From the IMG/VR virus record IMGVR_UViG_3300046839_000055, positions 32,001 to 96,000 of that record: 64,000 nt of DNA, one strand, 5' to 3'. Numbering within the stretch: position 1 is the first letter of the stretch; each line of letters opens with the position of its first letter. Below are positions 51,338-60,781 of this stretch, one piece after another. The position numbers and the translations under genes were made by a program. The notes below the pieces were generated by a model. It saw only the letters and a program-made list of their open reading frames with translations. It had not been told where the DNA came from and searched no databases. The stretch comes from a virus. Taxonomy: Duplodnaviria; Caudoviricetes.

Positions 51338-52649
51338 GGTTTTCACGCTCCCAGCCCTTTTGTCTGCCATATTCGGAAAACATTCTTGGGTTTGGGAAGT
51401 ACCGCCAGCTGGAAATGCACTGGTTCATAATCTCGTTGATTTCCCGGATTTCCCATTGCTTCGGCTCGTCAAAAGCATGGTTCAAGGCTTCCTTATAGAG
51501 CTGCTTGGAGCAGACCATGCTCCCGGTGTATTTATCAAGATACGCCTGTATCATCCCGGCTTTGGTGTCCTCCGGCATAAAATCCCGCTGGTGTTCTTTG
51601 AGATACCGCTGCATGGCGGGGCTGAAAGCCAGCTTGAACCTGCCGCTTTTATAAATCTCCATCGCTTCCGCCCACATCTGCCCGATATAGGCTCTGGAAG
51701 CGGCTTCATCCTCCAAAATGTGAACTTCCGCCTGCTCCGGGTACACCATGACCGGGATAAAGCGGCGGTTGCCGGAACGGTCAAGGGGCAGGAAGTCAAG
51801 GGCATTGGAAGTGCCGCCAAACACGCACTGACGGGGGCGGTCTGCCGGGTGGGTTTCATAAGGTATCTTGTAGACCTCTTTCTGCCGGCTTAAAAATGAC
51901 TTGATTTCCTCAATGCTCTTGGCGTTGGCGGTTGCCATCATTTCCGACATTTCAATAATCCAGTGACCTTGCAGCTTGCGGTACACATTGTCATCGTCCA
52001 GCTTCCGCAAATCATCGGAGAACCACTCGTCCCGGACTGCCAGCAGCCGGAAGAAGGTGGACTTTCCAGCCCCCTGACCGCCTACCAGACAGAGCATGAT
52101 TTCAAACTTGCACCCCGGCTGAAAGGCTCGTGAGATTGCACCCAGCAGGAACAGCTTCAACGCTTCATAGGTGTAATCGTCTGCGTCAGCCCCCAGAAAG
52201 TGCCGCAGGCAGAAGCGGATTCGCTCTGTCCCGTCCCACACAAGGGTATTGAGATAGTCCCGGATGGGATGGTACTTGTTTTCATTCGCCACAATCCCGA
52301 TGGCGTTATCAATCTTTTTCTCATTGGTAAGCCCGTAGGTTTCTTCCAGATAAAGAAGCAGATACTTCATGTCCGTATCGTTCAGGGCGGTGCTTTCTCT
52401 GTGAAAACCGATGGGCTTTATGATGTCCTTGCGGTCAGTCAGGATGTTGTATGCGATAGCCCCTGAAAGCAGAGGGTCACGTTGGAATACGGTCAGGCAG
52501 TTCCGTATGCTCTGACGGACACCGCCTTTCTCGGTGGTTTCCAGCCCCGCCTTGATTTCCTCAACGCTCTGGGGCGGCTGCATGGCGTTCATAGTGTTTT
52601 TTAGTTCTTGCTGCGTCTGCGGCTGCAAGTTCTGCCATTCGCTGTTCAA
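51255..52649 (-). CDS. VapE-family P-loop ATPase/helicase
   Basis: YHPIRDYL...WDG..R, GGQGAGKST, RQCVFGGTSN, D.SGNRRF. Confidence 0.9.
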   Translation of the reverse strand: MNSEWQNLQPQTQQELKNTMNAMQPPQSVEEIKAGLETTEKGGVRQSIRNCLTVFQRDPLLSGAIAYNILTDRKDIIKPIGFHRESTALNDTDMKYLLLYLEETYGLTNEKKIDNAIGIVANENKYHPIRDYLNTLVWDGTERIRFCLRHFLGADADDYTYEALKLFLLGAISRAFQPGCKFEIMLCLVGGQGAGKSTFFRLLAVRDEWFSDDLRKLDDDNVYRKLQGHWIIEMSEMMATANAKSIEEIKSFLSRQKEVYKIPYETHPADRPRQCVFGGTSNALDFLPLDRSGNRRFIPVMVYPEQAEVHILEDEAASRAYIGQMWAEAMEIYKSGRFKLAFSPAMQRYLKEHQRDFMPEDTKAGMIQAYLDKYTGSMVCSKQLYKEALNHAFDEPKQWEIREINEIMNQCISSWRYFPNPRMFSEYGRQKGWERENPATDSGNPSEKTMDGFVEVTEQMELPF

Positions 52650-53205
52650 GCTGTATCACATCCTTTCCGTAGTCCGTAATCAAATCCGCTTTTTCCTCTG
52701 TTTCCCCGAACAGCAGCACATCCAGCAGATATTCCACTTGGGCTTGCTTCTGTAAGGCTTCCACAAACCGGGGATGAAAGGCTTCCTCCGGGGAGTGCGG
52801 GGCGTAGTCCGTTCTCCATGCCATCAGCAGATGGAGATAATCGGCAAGAATACGGAAGCAGCGATTCTTTGCTTCCTGAAACTGTTCCTCCGGGGATTTC
52901 TGCCGGGTCTTGGGCTTTTTTACCTTTCCCGGCGGTTTCCAGTCCTCATAGGAAAGCCCGAAGTCCTGTGCCAGCTGTACGGCGGCTTCTTTCTTTCCCA
53001 GCCCATACAGGGCGGCGGCAAAATCAATCACATCCCCATCCGCACCGCAGCCGAAGCAATGGTAACGCCGATCCAGCTTCATGCTTGGGGTTTTATCGTT
53101 ATGGAACGGGCAGCAAGCCATCCCGTTCCGACCTACATGGATTCCATAATACTCCGCAGCCTGTCTTGTTGTGACGGACTGCTTCACAGCTTCGAATACA
53201 TTCAA
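52561..53205 (-). CDS. CHC2 zinc-finger (primase-type) protein
   Basis: CCPFHNDKTPSM...YHCFGCG..GDVIDF. Confidence 0.9.
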   Translation of the reverse strand: MNVFEAVKQSVTTRQAAEYYGIHVGRNGMACCPFHNDKTPSMKLDRRYHCFGCGADGDVIDFAAALYGLGKKEAAVQLAQDFGLSYEDWKPPGKVKKPKTRQKSPEEQFQEAKNRCFRILADYLHLLMAWRTDYAPHSPEEAFHPRFVEALQKQAQVEYLLDVLLFGETEEKADLITDYGKDVIQLEQRMAELAAADAARTKKHYERHAAAPER

Positions 53206-53270
53206 ATCTATCCCTCCTTGAAAATAAGAAAAGCACCTGACATTCTCTAATTGAAAATGGCAAGTGCCTG

Positions 53271-54851
53271 TTAAAGTTCCATATCCTGTTGTCTGTGTTT
53301 CTCCTGTGCCGGGGCGGTTCTTTGTGCTTTTTTCTCGTCAGTCTTATCCTGCAAGACTTCTTTGATGGGCTGCTTCTTGGGCGGCTCTTTGCTTTCCTCT
53401 GTGCCGGGTGTGGCTTTCCGTACCCAGTAGCGGATGTCCCGCAGCTTCTTCAAATCCTCCTGTACCTCGGTCAGTGGTACTTTCAGCTCTGCGATTTCGC
53501 TGAGAAGCGTTTCCTGCTCCTGTTGCAACTCATTTTTCGTTTTATCCTTATCGTCCGGGTGCTTGGCAAGGTAGTCAGCGGCTTTCTCATACCGGGCAAC
53601 CTCCGGGTGTTCCTGTTTGAATTTCCCCTTTATTTTCTTAAAAAATATCTTCTGGTACTTCTCATAGACAGCCTTACATTCCTTGCAGTCTGTCCGGCTG
53701 GCAAGAATCCCGTCAATCACTTTGCTCTGGGCTTCCTTTGGCTTCATCTGATTGCGGTAATCTGCGGCTGATTTCCCGGAAGATTCCAGAAACGCTTCTA
53801 AGTCCTCCACAGTGGAAAGCCCCTTTTGCCGGAGATAGGACAGGGCTTCGCTGACTGCCTTTAAGTCCTGTGAAGTTCCCCGGTTCTGTCCAGCCCTTGT
53901 CCAGTCCTTCCGTTCTTCCTTTCGTATCTCCATATACTTCATCAGCAGATTGGGAAGAAGTGTCGCTTCCTCCGCCGCCTTTTGTGCAAGCAGCTCCTTC
54001 CGTTTTTCTCCCAGCTCGGTAATCCAGCCTTTGAGGTTTTGGATAAGCTGCCGGATGGACTTCATCAGGCGGTTGGCGGCTCTGATTTCCCGGTTCAGGT
54101 TGCCGATATTCGTCTGGATACCTCGCTTTTCCATCTGCCGGACAGCAGTCCCCTCATGGACAGTGGGGACTATATCAAGCCCCTGTCTGGCATAGGAACG
54201 CAAGTCCACACGCTCCGGGCGGTCATTGGCGTCCAGATAGCGGTTCTGGATAACCTCCCATTCATGCCGCCAGATTTCACAATACTTCTGGTCGTTCCAG
54301 TCCACCGTATCCTCCTTGTGGCTTTTCCACCTGCCGGACGGCAGCTTTATCCGTTCCCCATTCTCGTCAAGGTCATAAACCTTGCGGCTCTTGGGAAGCC
54401 ATTTTCCATGTTCATCCATTGCCCGCATGGTCAGCAGGACATGGGCGTGGGGATTGTGTCCCGGCGGATGGGGGTCATGGATGGCAAAATCAGCAATCAT
54501 GCCTTTGGAAACAAACTGCTGTTCACAAAACTCCCGTACAAGGACAGCGTACTGGTCGGGCGGTATCTCTCTGGGAATGGTAAGCACCCACCGCCTTGCA
54601 AGCTGGGAGTTCCATTGCTTTTCCACCGCTTCGGCGGCATTCCATAAAGTATTGCGGTCTGCATATTCCTGTGGAGCATTTGCCGGGAGCAGGATTTCAT
54701 TGTGGACGATACCACGCTTTTCCGGGTAGTGCTTTACTTGCTGGTCGTATTCACAGAACAGCTTTTCGCCGCTTTGGTAAGCAGCGGCGGCAACCGCAGA
54801 CTGCCGCTGGCTGCGCTGAACAATCGTGATTTCGTTGTGTGGACAAGGCAT
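53271..54851 (-). CDS. MobA/MobL (MOBQ) relaxase
   Basis: SAVAAAAYQSG, LWNAAE..EK, DFAIH....NPHAHVLLTMR, DLRSY. Confidence 0.93.
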   Translation of the reverse strand: MPCPHNEITIVQRSQRQSAVAAAAYQSGEKLFCEYDQQVKHYPEKRGIVHNEILLPANAPQEYADRNTLWNAAEAVEKQWNSQLARRWVLTIPREIPPDQYAVLVREFCEQQFVSKGMIADFAIHDPHPPGHNPHAHVLLTMRAMDEHGKWLPKSRKVYDLDENGERIKLPSGRWKSHKEDTVDWNDQKYCEIWRHEWEVIQNRYLDANDRPERVDLRSYARQGLDIVPTVHEGTAVRQMEKRGIQTNIGNLNREIRAANRLMKSIRQLIQNLKGWITELGEKRKELLAQKAAEEATLLPNLLMKYMEIRKEERKDWTRAGQNRGTSQDLKAVSEALSYLRQKGLSTVEDLEAFLESSGKSAADYRNQMKPKEAQSKVIDGILASRTDCKECKAVYEKYQKIFFKKIKGKFKQEHPEVARYEKAADYLAKHPDDKDKTKNELQQEQETLLSEIAELKVPLTEVQEDLKKLRDIRYWVRKATPGTEESKEPPKKQPIKEVLQDKTDEKKAQRTAPAQEKHRQQDMEL

Positions 54852-55047
54852 TTCGTGTCCCTCCTTTCGCTAATTGGTGGATGGGGTGGCGTTTTACCAC
54901 CTCATTTTGGGCAGAAAAAAAGCAGGAGACCTTTTTCAGATTTCCTGCTCGGTGTGCCACTGTGTGAGCGGCGGGTATTTAGTTGTAAAAGTTCGGGACA
55001 AGTTGACCCGATGTAAAGCTAACAAACTGGAATTGCACCAAAACAAT

Positions 55048-55593
55048 CTAAGACAACAACGCTGCCCTACTTGCGATTTTTTCTTGTACTGCGGAAACAG
55101 TTTCTTGAATGGAATAAGTGGTCGTATCTATAACATTCGATTCATATATTCCCAGATTGCAAAATTGCTCCCACATGGTTTCTACCAATTCGATATTTGT
55201 CTTTCGGTCTAACTTTGAGCGTTCAACAGCTCGCTTCAAGGTTTCTTCCTTACTTGCCCTTAAAATAATATAATGCACCTCATAATGTTCCCGAACAAGA
55301 CTTTGCCACGGCTTTAAAAACCACGGTCCGATAATACCGTCAACAATTACATCATATCCACCACGAGCATATCGCTTCGCAGCTTCTAAAAACGCTTCAA
55401 TGACAATCAAATTTTGCTCATTTGATTCTGGCAAATGCGGTGGTATTGCCCCTTTACTCAAATAATGATAAAAGTCATCTGTGTGCATATGCACAGACTT
55501 TTCCAAATCTGATTCTTTTGCAACAGCAGATGCCGTTGTAGTTTTTCCTGTCCCCGGCGCACCTGTGATTACAATAATTCTACCTTGATTCAT
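55048..55593 (-). CDS. P-loop kinase-like (AAA_33-type) cargo protein
   Basis: ITGAPGTGKTT; VIVDG; AT-rich. Confidence 0.8.
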   Translation of the reverse strand: MNQGRIIVITGAPGTGKTTTASAVAKESDLEKSVHMHTDDFYHYLSKGAIPPHLPESNEQNLIVIEAFLEAAKRYARGGYDVIVDGIIGPWFLKPWQSLVREHYEVHYIILRASKEETLKRAVERSKLDRKTNIELVETMWEQFCNLGIYESNVIDTTTYSIQETVSAVQEKIASRAALLS

Positions 55594-55807
55594 CTATATT
55601 TTACCTCCACAAATTACGATTTTCTTAATTCTACAAACTGGAATTTGAGTCTCTGTAAAGCTGGAATTAACCCATACAATTATTTTAATTTAGAGGTTCT
55701 TACGCAATTATCCGTATTTTGTAATTTTTCAATACTGGAATGCCAGTGTAAATCAGCATTCTCCATTTTTATTAAAGCGAAAAACGTAAAATTGCGGAAG
55801 AACCAAT

Positions 55808-57268
55808 TTAGATATTCACAATTTTACTTGCCACAGTATCTCGAAAAACACTGTCATGTTCTACCAGGAGCATGGTCGGGGCAAACTCCGTTATGAGTTG
55901 TTCAATCTGCATACGTGAGTACACATCAATAAAGTTGAGCGGTTCATCCCATACATACAAGTGTGCCTTTTCACAAAGGCTTTTCGCAATTAGGACTTTC
56001 TTCTTTTGCCCGCCAGAAAAGTCTTTAATATCCTTTTCAAACTGTACACGCTCAAAGTCCATTTTCCTAAGAATTGCCTTGAACAAACTTTCATCAAGGT
56101 TGTTTTCTTCTGCAAACTCGGAAAGGGTTCCACATAAATACGATGTATCCTGTGGCACATAAGAAATTACAAGCCCAGAGCCAAGTGTTACTGTACCCGT
56201 ATAATCTATGGACTGCCCGACTACCAACTTTAACAGGCTACTTTTGCCACTGCCGTTCTTTCCATCAAGCACAATGCGTTCTCCCTGTCTTATTTCAAAC
56301 GAAACGGGTTCACAAACTGAAATGCCATCATAATAAACTACTACATTCGATAATGATGCAAGCAAATCTGTATGGTAATTAAGCGGTTGTATCTTGAGGG
56401 CTTCTGCGGTTTCCATATTTTTCAGCAATGCTGATTTTTGTTCGATTGTCTGTTGTTGTCTCGCTTCTATAGATTTTGAACGCTTCATCATTTTGGCGGC
56501 TTTATGACCGACATAACCTTTATCTGCTGCCCCAATTTTGGAAGCTTCTACACGTTCAGACCATACTGCAGCGCGTTTTGCCGACTGCTGTAATCGTCTG
56601 ATGTCCTTTTGCAAACGTTCGTTCTGAGCCAGTTCAAATTCTTGCTGTCGCTCAAAATTTGACATCCATGATGAAAAGTTTCCTCTTTGCACTTCGATAT
56701 TCGCTCGGTTAATCGATAGAATATAGTCAACACAATCGTCAAGAAAGCGACGATCGTGAGAAACTAAGATGAATCCCTTTTTCTTTTTCAGATATGCCGC
56801 CACACTTTTTCTCGCTTTGGCATCCAAATGGTTGGTAGGTTCATCAATCAGTAGGAAATGCCCTTCATTAAGAAAAAGAGCGGCAATCAAAACCTTTGTC
56901 TGCTCTCCGTTGGAAAGTGTTTCAAAAGGTCGCCAAAGCACATCGACATCAACATCAAGATAAGAAAGTTCTCGCATAAGTTCCCATTCTTCCGCAAGTG
57001 GGCAAATCTCCTGCAATATATCCTCTGTAATACGATTCTTATCTGAAACGGGATAAGGAAAATAATCAAACTGTACGGATGATAGGATTTTTCCACTATA
57101 CTCATATTTCCCAAGCAGAAGATTCAGAAAGGTTGTTTTACCTCGTCCGTTTCTGCCCACAAAACCAAGCTTCCAATCGGTATCAACCTGGAAACTGACA
57201 TTTTCAAAAACATTATCATAACTTGTCGGATATGAAAACGTAAGGTTTTCAATTTTAATCATTGACAT
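55808..57268 (-). CDS. lsa: Lsa-family ABC-F ribosomal protection protein
   Basis: FQVDTDWKLGFVGRNGRGKTT, LSNGEQTK, DKGYVGHKAAKMMKR linker, second ABC domain, no TM; resembles Lsa(B)/(E) from memory. Confidence 0.9.
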   Translation of the reverse strand: MSMIKIENLTFSYPTSYDNVFENVSFQVDTDWKLGFVGRNGRGKTTFLNLLLGKYEYSGKILSSVQFDYFPYPVSDKNRITEDILQEICPLAEEWELMRELSYLDVDVDVLWRPFETLSNGEQTKVLIAALFLNEGHFLLIDEPTNHLDAKARKSVAAYLKKKKGFILVSHDRRFLDDCVDYILSINRANIEVQRGNFSSWMSNFERQQEFELAQNERLQKDIRRLQQSAKRAAVWSERVEASKIGAADKGYVGHKAAKMMKRSKSIEARQQQTIEQKSALLKNMETAEALKIQPLNYHTDLLASLSNVVVYYDGISVCEPVSFEIRQGERIVLDGKNGSGKSSLLKLVVGQSIDYTGTVTLGSGLVISYVPQDTSYLCGTLSEFAEENNLDESLFKAILRKMDFERVQFEKDIKDFSGGQKKKVLIAKSLCEKAHLYVWDEPLNFIDVYSRMQIEQLITEFAPTMLLVEHDSVFRDTVASKIVNI

Positions 57269-57324
57269 AAATATTATCCTCCTTTGCATGTCATACGATA
57301 CAAAGTCGGTTCGGTGAATGTTTA

Positions 57325-57662
57325 CTACGTATAGATTTCACCAAAAGGAACCGACACTATACGGAGTGAATCATGTGTAACTATCTGTTCTGCACTATTC
57401 ATAAAGCACCTCCAAAACAAAATAAGAGCCACAAGAAAGTTTATCCTTGCAGCTCGTCATAGCATAAAATAACACCACTAAGCAAAAGTGGCAACAGCAC
57501 TATATTGAGTAAGATAGACATATAACTTTCTTGCAATAGACACAATAATGCCAAAGTATAGCACTACCGCATATTTTGATTTTATTTGCAAGAAAAGTTA
57601 ATCATCTTCCCACCTCTTTCTAAATTTCAAAATATTATACCATAAATCGCAGGCAAATACAA
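57325..57662 (-). promoter_or_regulatory. lsa promoter and ribosome-dependent attenuator leader
   Basis: TTGTAT-17-TATAAT; uORF MINFSCK (57605-57582); terminator 57426-57455 plus U tract; second uORF 57402-57325. Confidence 0.8.
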
Positions 57663-57972
57663 GTGGTTATAAAAATTTAACAAATCGCTTATAATACAAT
57701 CATATAACTTTACGCATTCCTTACTGACCGTAAAATTCCGATTTATTGCTGACTTTATTATACTTTATTGCCTATCGAAAAGATAGCATATTTTATGAAA
57801 CTTGTCGGCTGGGAACAGCTTGCAACGCAAGGTGTCCCCAGATGACAAGTCCACAAAAGGGTAGCTGGCGGTAGCCAGCGCAGGGGAAGCGTAGCGTCCC
57901 CTGTATGATTTGGAGCAGACCATGACTGCGAAAAATCACAGCCCTCCGGCAAGGAGCCTTCGGAGAACGCAA

Positions 57973-58007
57973 TGCACCAACCTTTGGGTGGTGTATAATT
58001 GCGCCCT
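57973..58007 (+). other. Putative MOBQ oriT
   Basis: TGCACCA...TGGTGTA inverted repeat followed by TAATTGCGCCCT (one mismatch to the MOBQ nic core TAAGTGCGCCCT). Confidence 0.75.
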
Positions 58008-58014
58008 TAGTAAA

Positions 58015-58311
58015 CTAAGGGGTTTCCGGCTTCTCACGTTCCAGCAGTTTCTTCAATAGTTCCTGCGTGTCCTGCCTGTGAAAAATGAGTGTCAACAACA
58101 GCATGACATCATCATCTGTCAGGCGTTCCGGCTCTTGCAGAAAACTTTCCAGCATACCGCCACGAGTACAGAGCCGGTGTGTCCGTTCTTTTCGGGTAAG
58201 CTGCTTTAGCTGGTGCTGCAATGCCTTTTCATCATTGATGGCTTTCCGCAGTTTCTTTTCACTCTTTTCCAACTCTCGGTTGAGCTTTTCCAGCTTTGAG
58301 GTATCAGGCAA
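58015..58311 (-). CDS. DUF3847-like mobilisation accessory protein
   Basis: Coiled coil then RKERTHRLCTRGGMLESF; next to oriT. Confidence 0.75.
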   Translation of the reverse strand: MPDTSKLEKLNRELEKSEKKLRKAINDEKALQHQLKQLTRKERTHRLCTRGGMLESFLQEPERLTDDDVMLLLTLIFHRQDTQELLKKLLEREKPETP

Positions 58312-58645
58312 GGGCAGCGTCCTCCTTTCCCGGTATCAGCACATAAATCCTGTTTGGTTCTCCAACGCCCTGACGCACTCGCATGATCAGTCCGGCGGTT
58401 TCCAGTTCATTCAGAGAACGCTTGACCGTCATGGGGCTGCGGGACAGGACTGCGGCAATGGCTGTGACAGGGAAGCAGATAAACAGGATTCCGTTCTCGT
58501 CCTCCTGTCCGTTGGATAGCATAGCGTCCAACATCCGGCAGTACATGACCTTTGCGGTGCTGCTGACTGGAAATCCTGTCAACGCTCTGGGAAAGGGCAT
58601 ACAGGGCGGCAACGGTGTGCCTATCGTCATAAATTCAAAATTCAT
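58304..58645 (-). CDS. RepA_N-like winged-helix protein
   Basis: AKVMYCRMLD, DENG..FI.F, ELETAGLI.RVRQG.G.PNRIY. Confidence 0.7.
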   Translation of the reverse strand: MNFEFMTIGTPLPPCMPFPRALTGFPVSSTAKVMYCRMLDAMLSNGQEDENGILFICFPVTAIAAVLSRSPMTVKRSLNELETAGLIMRVRQGVGEPNRIYVLIPGKEDAALA

Positions 58646-58830
58646 TCGGTGTGTTCCTCCTTTTTCTTTGCTCTTTTGGATAAATAACGGGGGCAGTCAA
58701 CCACAACCGCCCGGAAGCTCTGCTTGCACCCATGCTTGCATTTCCGGCATAATTCGTTGTAAGTGACACGCCCCCGGTCATTGAGGTAAAAAGAAAGCTC
58801 ATGCTTCCTCTTTTTGCTCATTCTCGGCAT
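58642..58830 (-). CDS. Small Cys-containing protein
   Basis: YNELCRKC.H.CKQSFR; coupled to the next ORF. Confidence 0.6.
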   Translation of the reverse strand: MPRMSKKRKHELSFYLNDRGRVTYNELCRKCKHGCKQSFRAVVVDCPRYLSKRAKKKEEHTE

Positions 58831-59313
58831 ATTGCGTTTCCTCCCGTTTTAGTGTATAGTTTCGGGGCGATTTTCGGCAAAATTACGGTCATAGAGCCGT
58901 CTAAAATCTCCAGAAGTATCAGCAATAGGGTAGACTATCCCCCTATCAGATTGTCGTGTTTCGGTATCATTTCGGTATCAGTTCGCCAGTTCTCCCCGGT
59001 GTCGTTCCTCCCCTGAATCTCACAGCGGCGTATTGCTCCCTTTGGTACGCTCGTTTCGGTCAGGGTTCCTCCATATCCCTGCCAAAAGTCATGGCGCTAC
59101 ATCGCCGGGGAAGCATATCCCACACAGGCTGGTCATTCGATTGGAATAATCCATCGATGAACTACCTGTATCATAGAACATTTTTGTGCCCTGTGCCGTA
59201 TGTCCACAAAGTAGGAATTAAGGGTAAAAATCAGAAATTTCCACGATTGCGGAAAGTATGATACAATCCAGTTAAGCGGCAGTAATGAAACCGCCGGAAA
59301 GGAGCGTGCGCCC

Positions 59314-60120
59314 ATGAAAGGAGCGACAAGCATACAGGAACGCCTTTGGGAACTCCGCAAGGACAAAGGCTTAAATCTGGAAGAATTATCAGAGCTGACG
59401 GGCATTTCCAAATCAGCTCTTGGCAGTTATGAAAAAGAGGATTATAAGGAAATCAATCATGGCAACCTTATCACGCTGGCAGACTTCTATGGGGTTTCCG
59501 TTGATTATCTGCTGTGCCGGACAGAGAACCGGGAGCAGATCAACACGCCACTAACAGAGCTGCATTTGAATGATGAGATGGTGGCACTTCTGAAAGGCGG
59601 TCGGATTAACAACCGTCTGCTCTGTGAGCTTGCCACTCATAAGGACTTTATCAAGTTTCTTGCGGACATTGAGATTTATGTAGATGGGATTGCCACCATG
59701 CAGATTCAAAACCTCAACGCCCTTGTCGATACTGTCCGGCATGAAATCATTGAACGGTATCGCCCCGGCGAAGACGACCCGCATTTGAAAGTGCTGCAAG
59801 CCGCCCATATCAGCGATGATGAATATTTCAGCCACATGGTTCTTGATGACCTCAATCTCATTATCCGGGATATTCGGGAAGCCCACAAAAAGGACAGCGA
59901 GAGTGCGCCCCAGACCACCGTTGCCGATGAATTGAAAGAAAATTTGGAAGCGGTTGAAAATTTCAAGGGCAGTCGGGATGAAAAGCTGGTTGTCCTTTAC
60001 TGCAAGCAGCTCGGCATCAACTATAAAAATCTGTCAGACGAAGAATTTCGCTGGCTCATTCGGATTCTACAAAAATCAAAGAAAACAGGAACTCCTATCA
60101 GTCAAAGGAAAAAACGGTAA
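59314..60120 (+). CDS. XRE-family HTH regulator
   Basis: LEELSELTGISKSALGSYE...LADFYGVSVDYLL. Confidence 0.9.
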   Translation: MKGATSIQERLWELRKDKGLNLEELSELTGISKSALGSYEKEDYKEINHGNLITLADFYGVSVDYLLCRTENREQINTPLTELHLNDEMVALLKGGRINNRLLCELATHKDFIKFLADIEIYVDGIATMQIQNLNALVDTVRHEIIERYRPGEDDPHLKVLQAAHISDDEYFSHMVLDDLNLIIRDIREAHKKDSESAPQTTVADELKENLEAVENFKGSRDEKLVVLYCKQLGINYKNLSDEEFRWLIRILQKSKKTGTPISQRKKR

Positions 60121-60125
60121 AGAAA

Positions 60126-60169
60126 AACCGCTGTTGCATGGTTGTGTTTGCTTCCATGTAGCAGCGGTT
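60126..60169. terminator. Hairpin between the convergent XRE and lnu genes
   Basis: AACCGCTGTTGCATGG...CCATGTAGCAGCGGTT. Confidence 0.65.
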
Positions 60170-60203
60170 GGTGCTATACTTATTCAGTTAAAATTTCAAA
60201 GCG

Positions 60204-60760
60204 ATAAAGTGGAATTTATCTTAGAAATTACAGCAATGTTATTTTGATAAACTTTCAAGAATTGAAATATCATGCTTATCTTTATCTCTTAATTCATAAC
60301 CTGAATGGAAAACTCTTTGGCCTTTTAAGGATATACAAGGAATTGTTTTTCCTTCAAAAAAAGCACTACCAAAGTAATCTTTTTCAAACTCATACCAGCC
60401 ACCCTCTAAATCAGCTTGTTTTGAAGTTCCGTCCTCACTTAAAACGAACGGGTGAATGTCTAAGTAACCAAGTTCATCACTATATAACTCTATTCTAACC
60501 GGTTTCCAGTCTGTATCAATTTTATAGCCCAGATTCAAAAGCACATTTAACAATTTTTCCGTATGTTGAGCATCAAAATTTATATCTATATCTCTATGAA
60601 TTCTTGTTTGTTTACCAGCTAAAATATCTACACCCCATCCGCCATCCAACCAGTATGTAATTCCAGTATTTTCGAATAATTCTATTACTTTCATTAAATC
60701 TTCTTTTGTTGTTATTTCTTTTCTACCCATACAAAGTCTCCTTTACAACTTCTAATTTGT
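60204..60760. repeat. Inverted pair of 16-bp sites bracketing lnu
   Basis: ATAAAGTGGAATTTAT at 60204-60219; ACAACTTCTAATTTGT at 60745-60760. Confidence 0.65.
60239..60730 (-). CDS. lnu: Lincosamide nucleotidyltransferase, Lnu(A)-like
   Basis: TYWLDGGWGVD, HRDIDI.FDAQHT, GYLDIHP, IPCIS...Q..FHSGY match Lnu(A) as remembered. Confidence 0.85.
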   Translation of the reverse strand: MGRKEITTKEDLMKVIELFENTGITYWLDGGWGVDILAGKQTRIHRDIDINFDAQHTEKLLNVLLNLGYKIDTDWKPVRIELYSDELGYLDIHPFVLSEDGTSKQADLEGGWYEFEKDYFGSAFFEGKTIPCISLKGQRVFHSGYELRDKDKHDISILESLSK

Positions 60761-60781
60761 AATAATCATTCTACCATACCG

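Larger units (their letters stand above)
55022..57746. repeat. Four 16-bp quasi-palindromic sites delimiting two adjacent cargo units
   Basis: 55022-55037, 55609-55624, 55633-55648, 57731-57746. Confidence 0.65.

Noticed and set aside
55655-55745. Extra CTGGAA-core copies (55655-55670, 55731-55744) as cassette sites
   Set aside because: Their arms are too degenerate to count; they may be decayed sites or chance matches.
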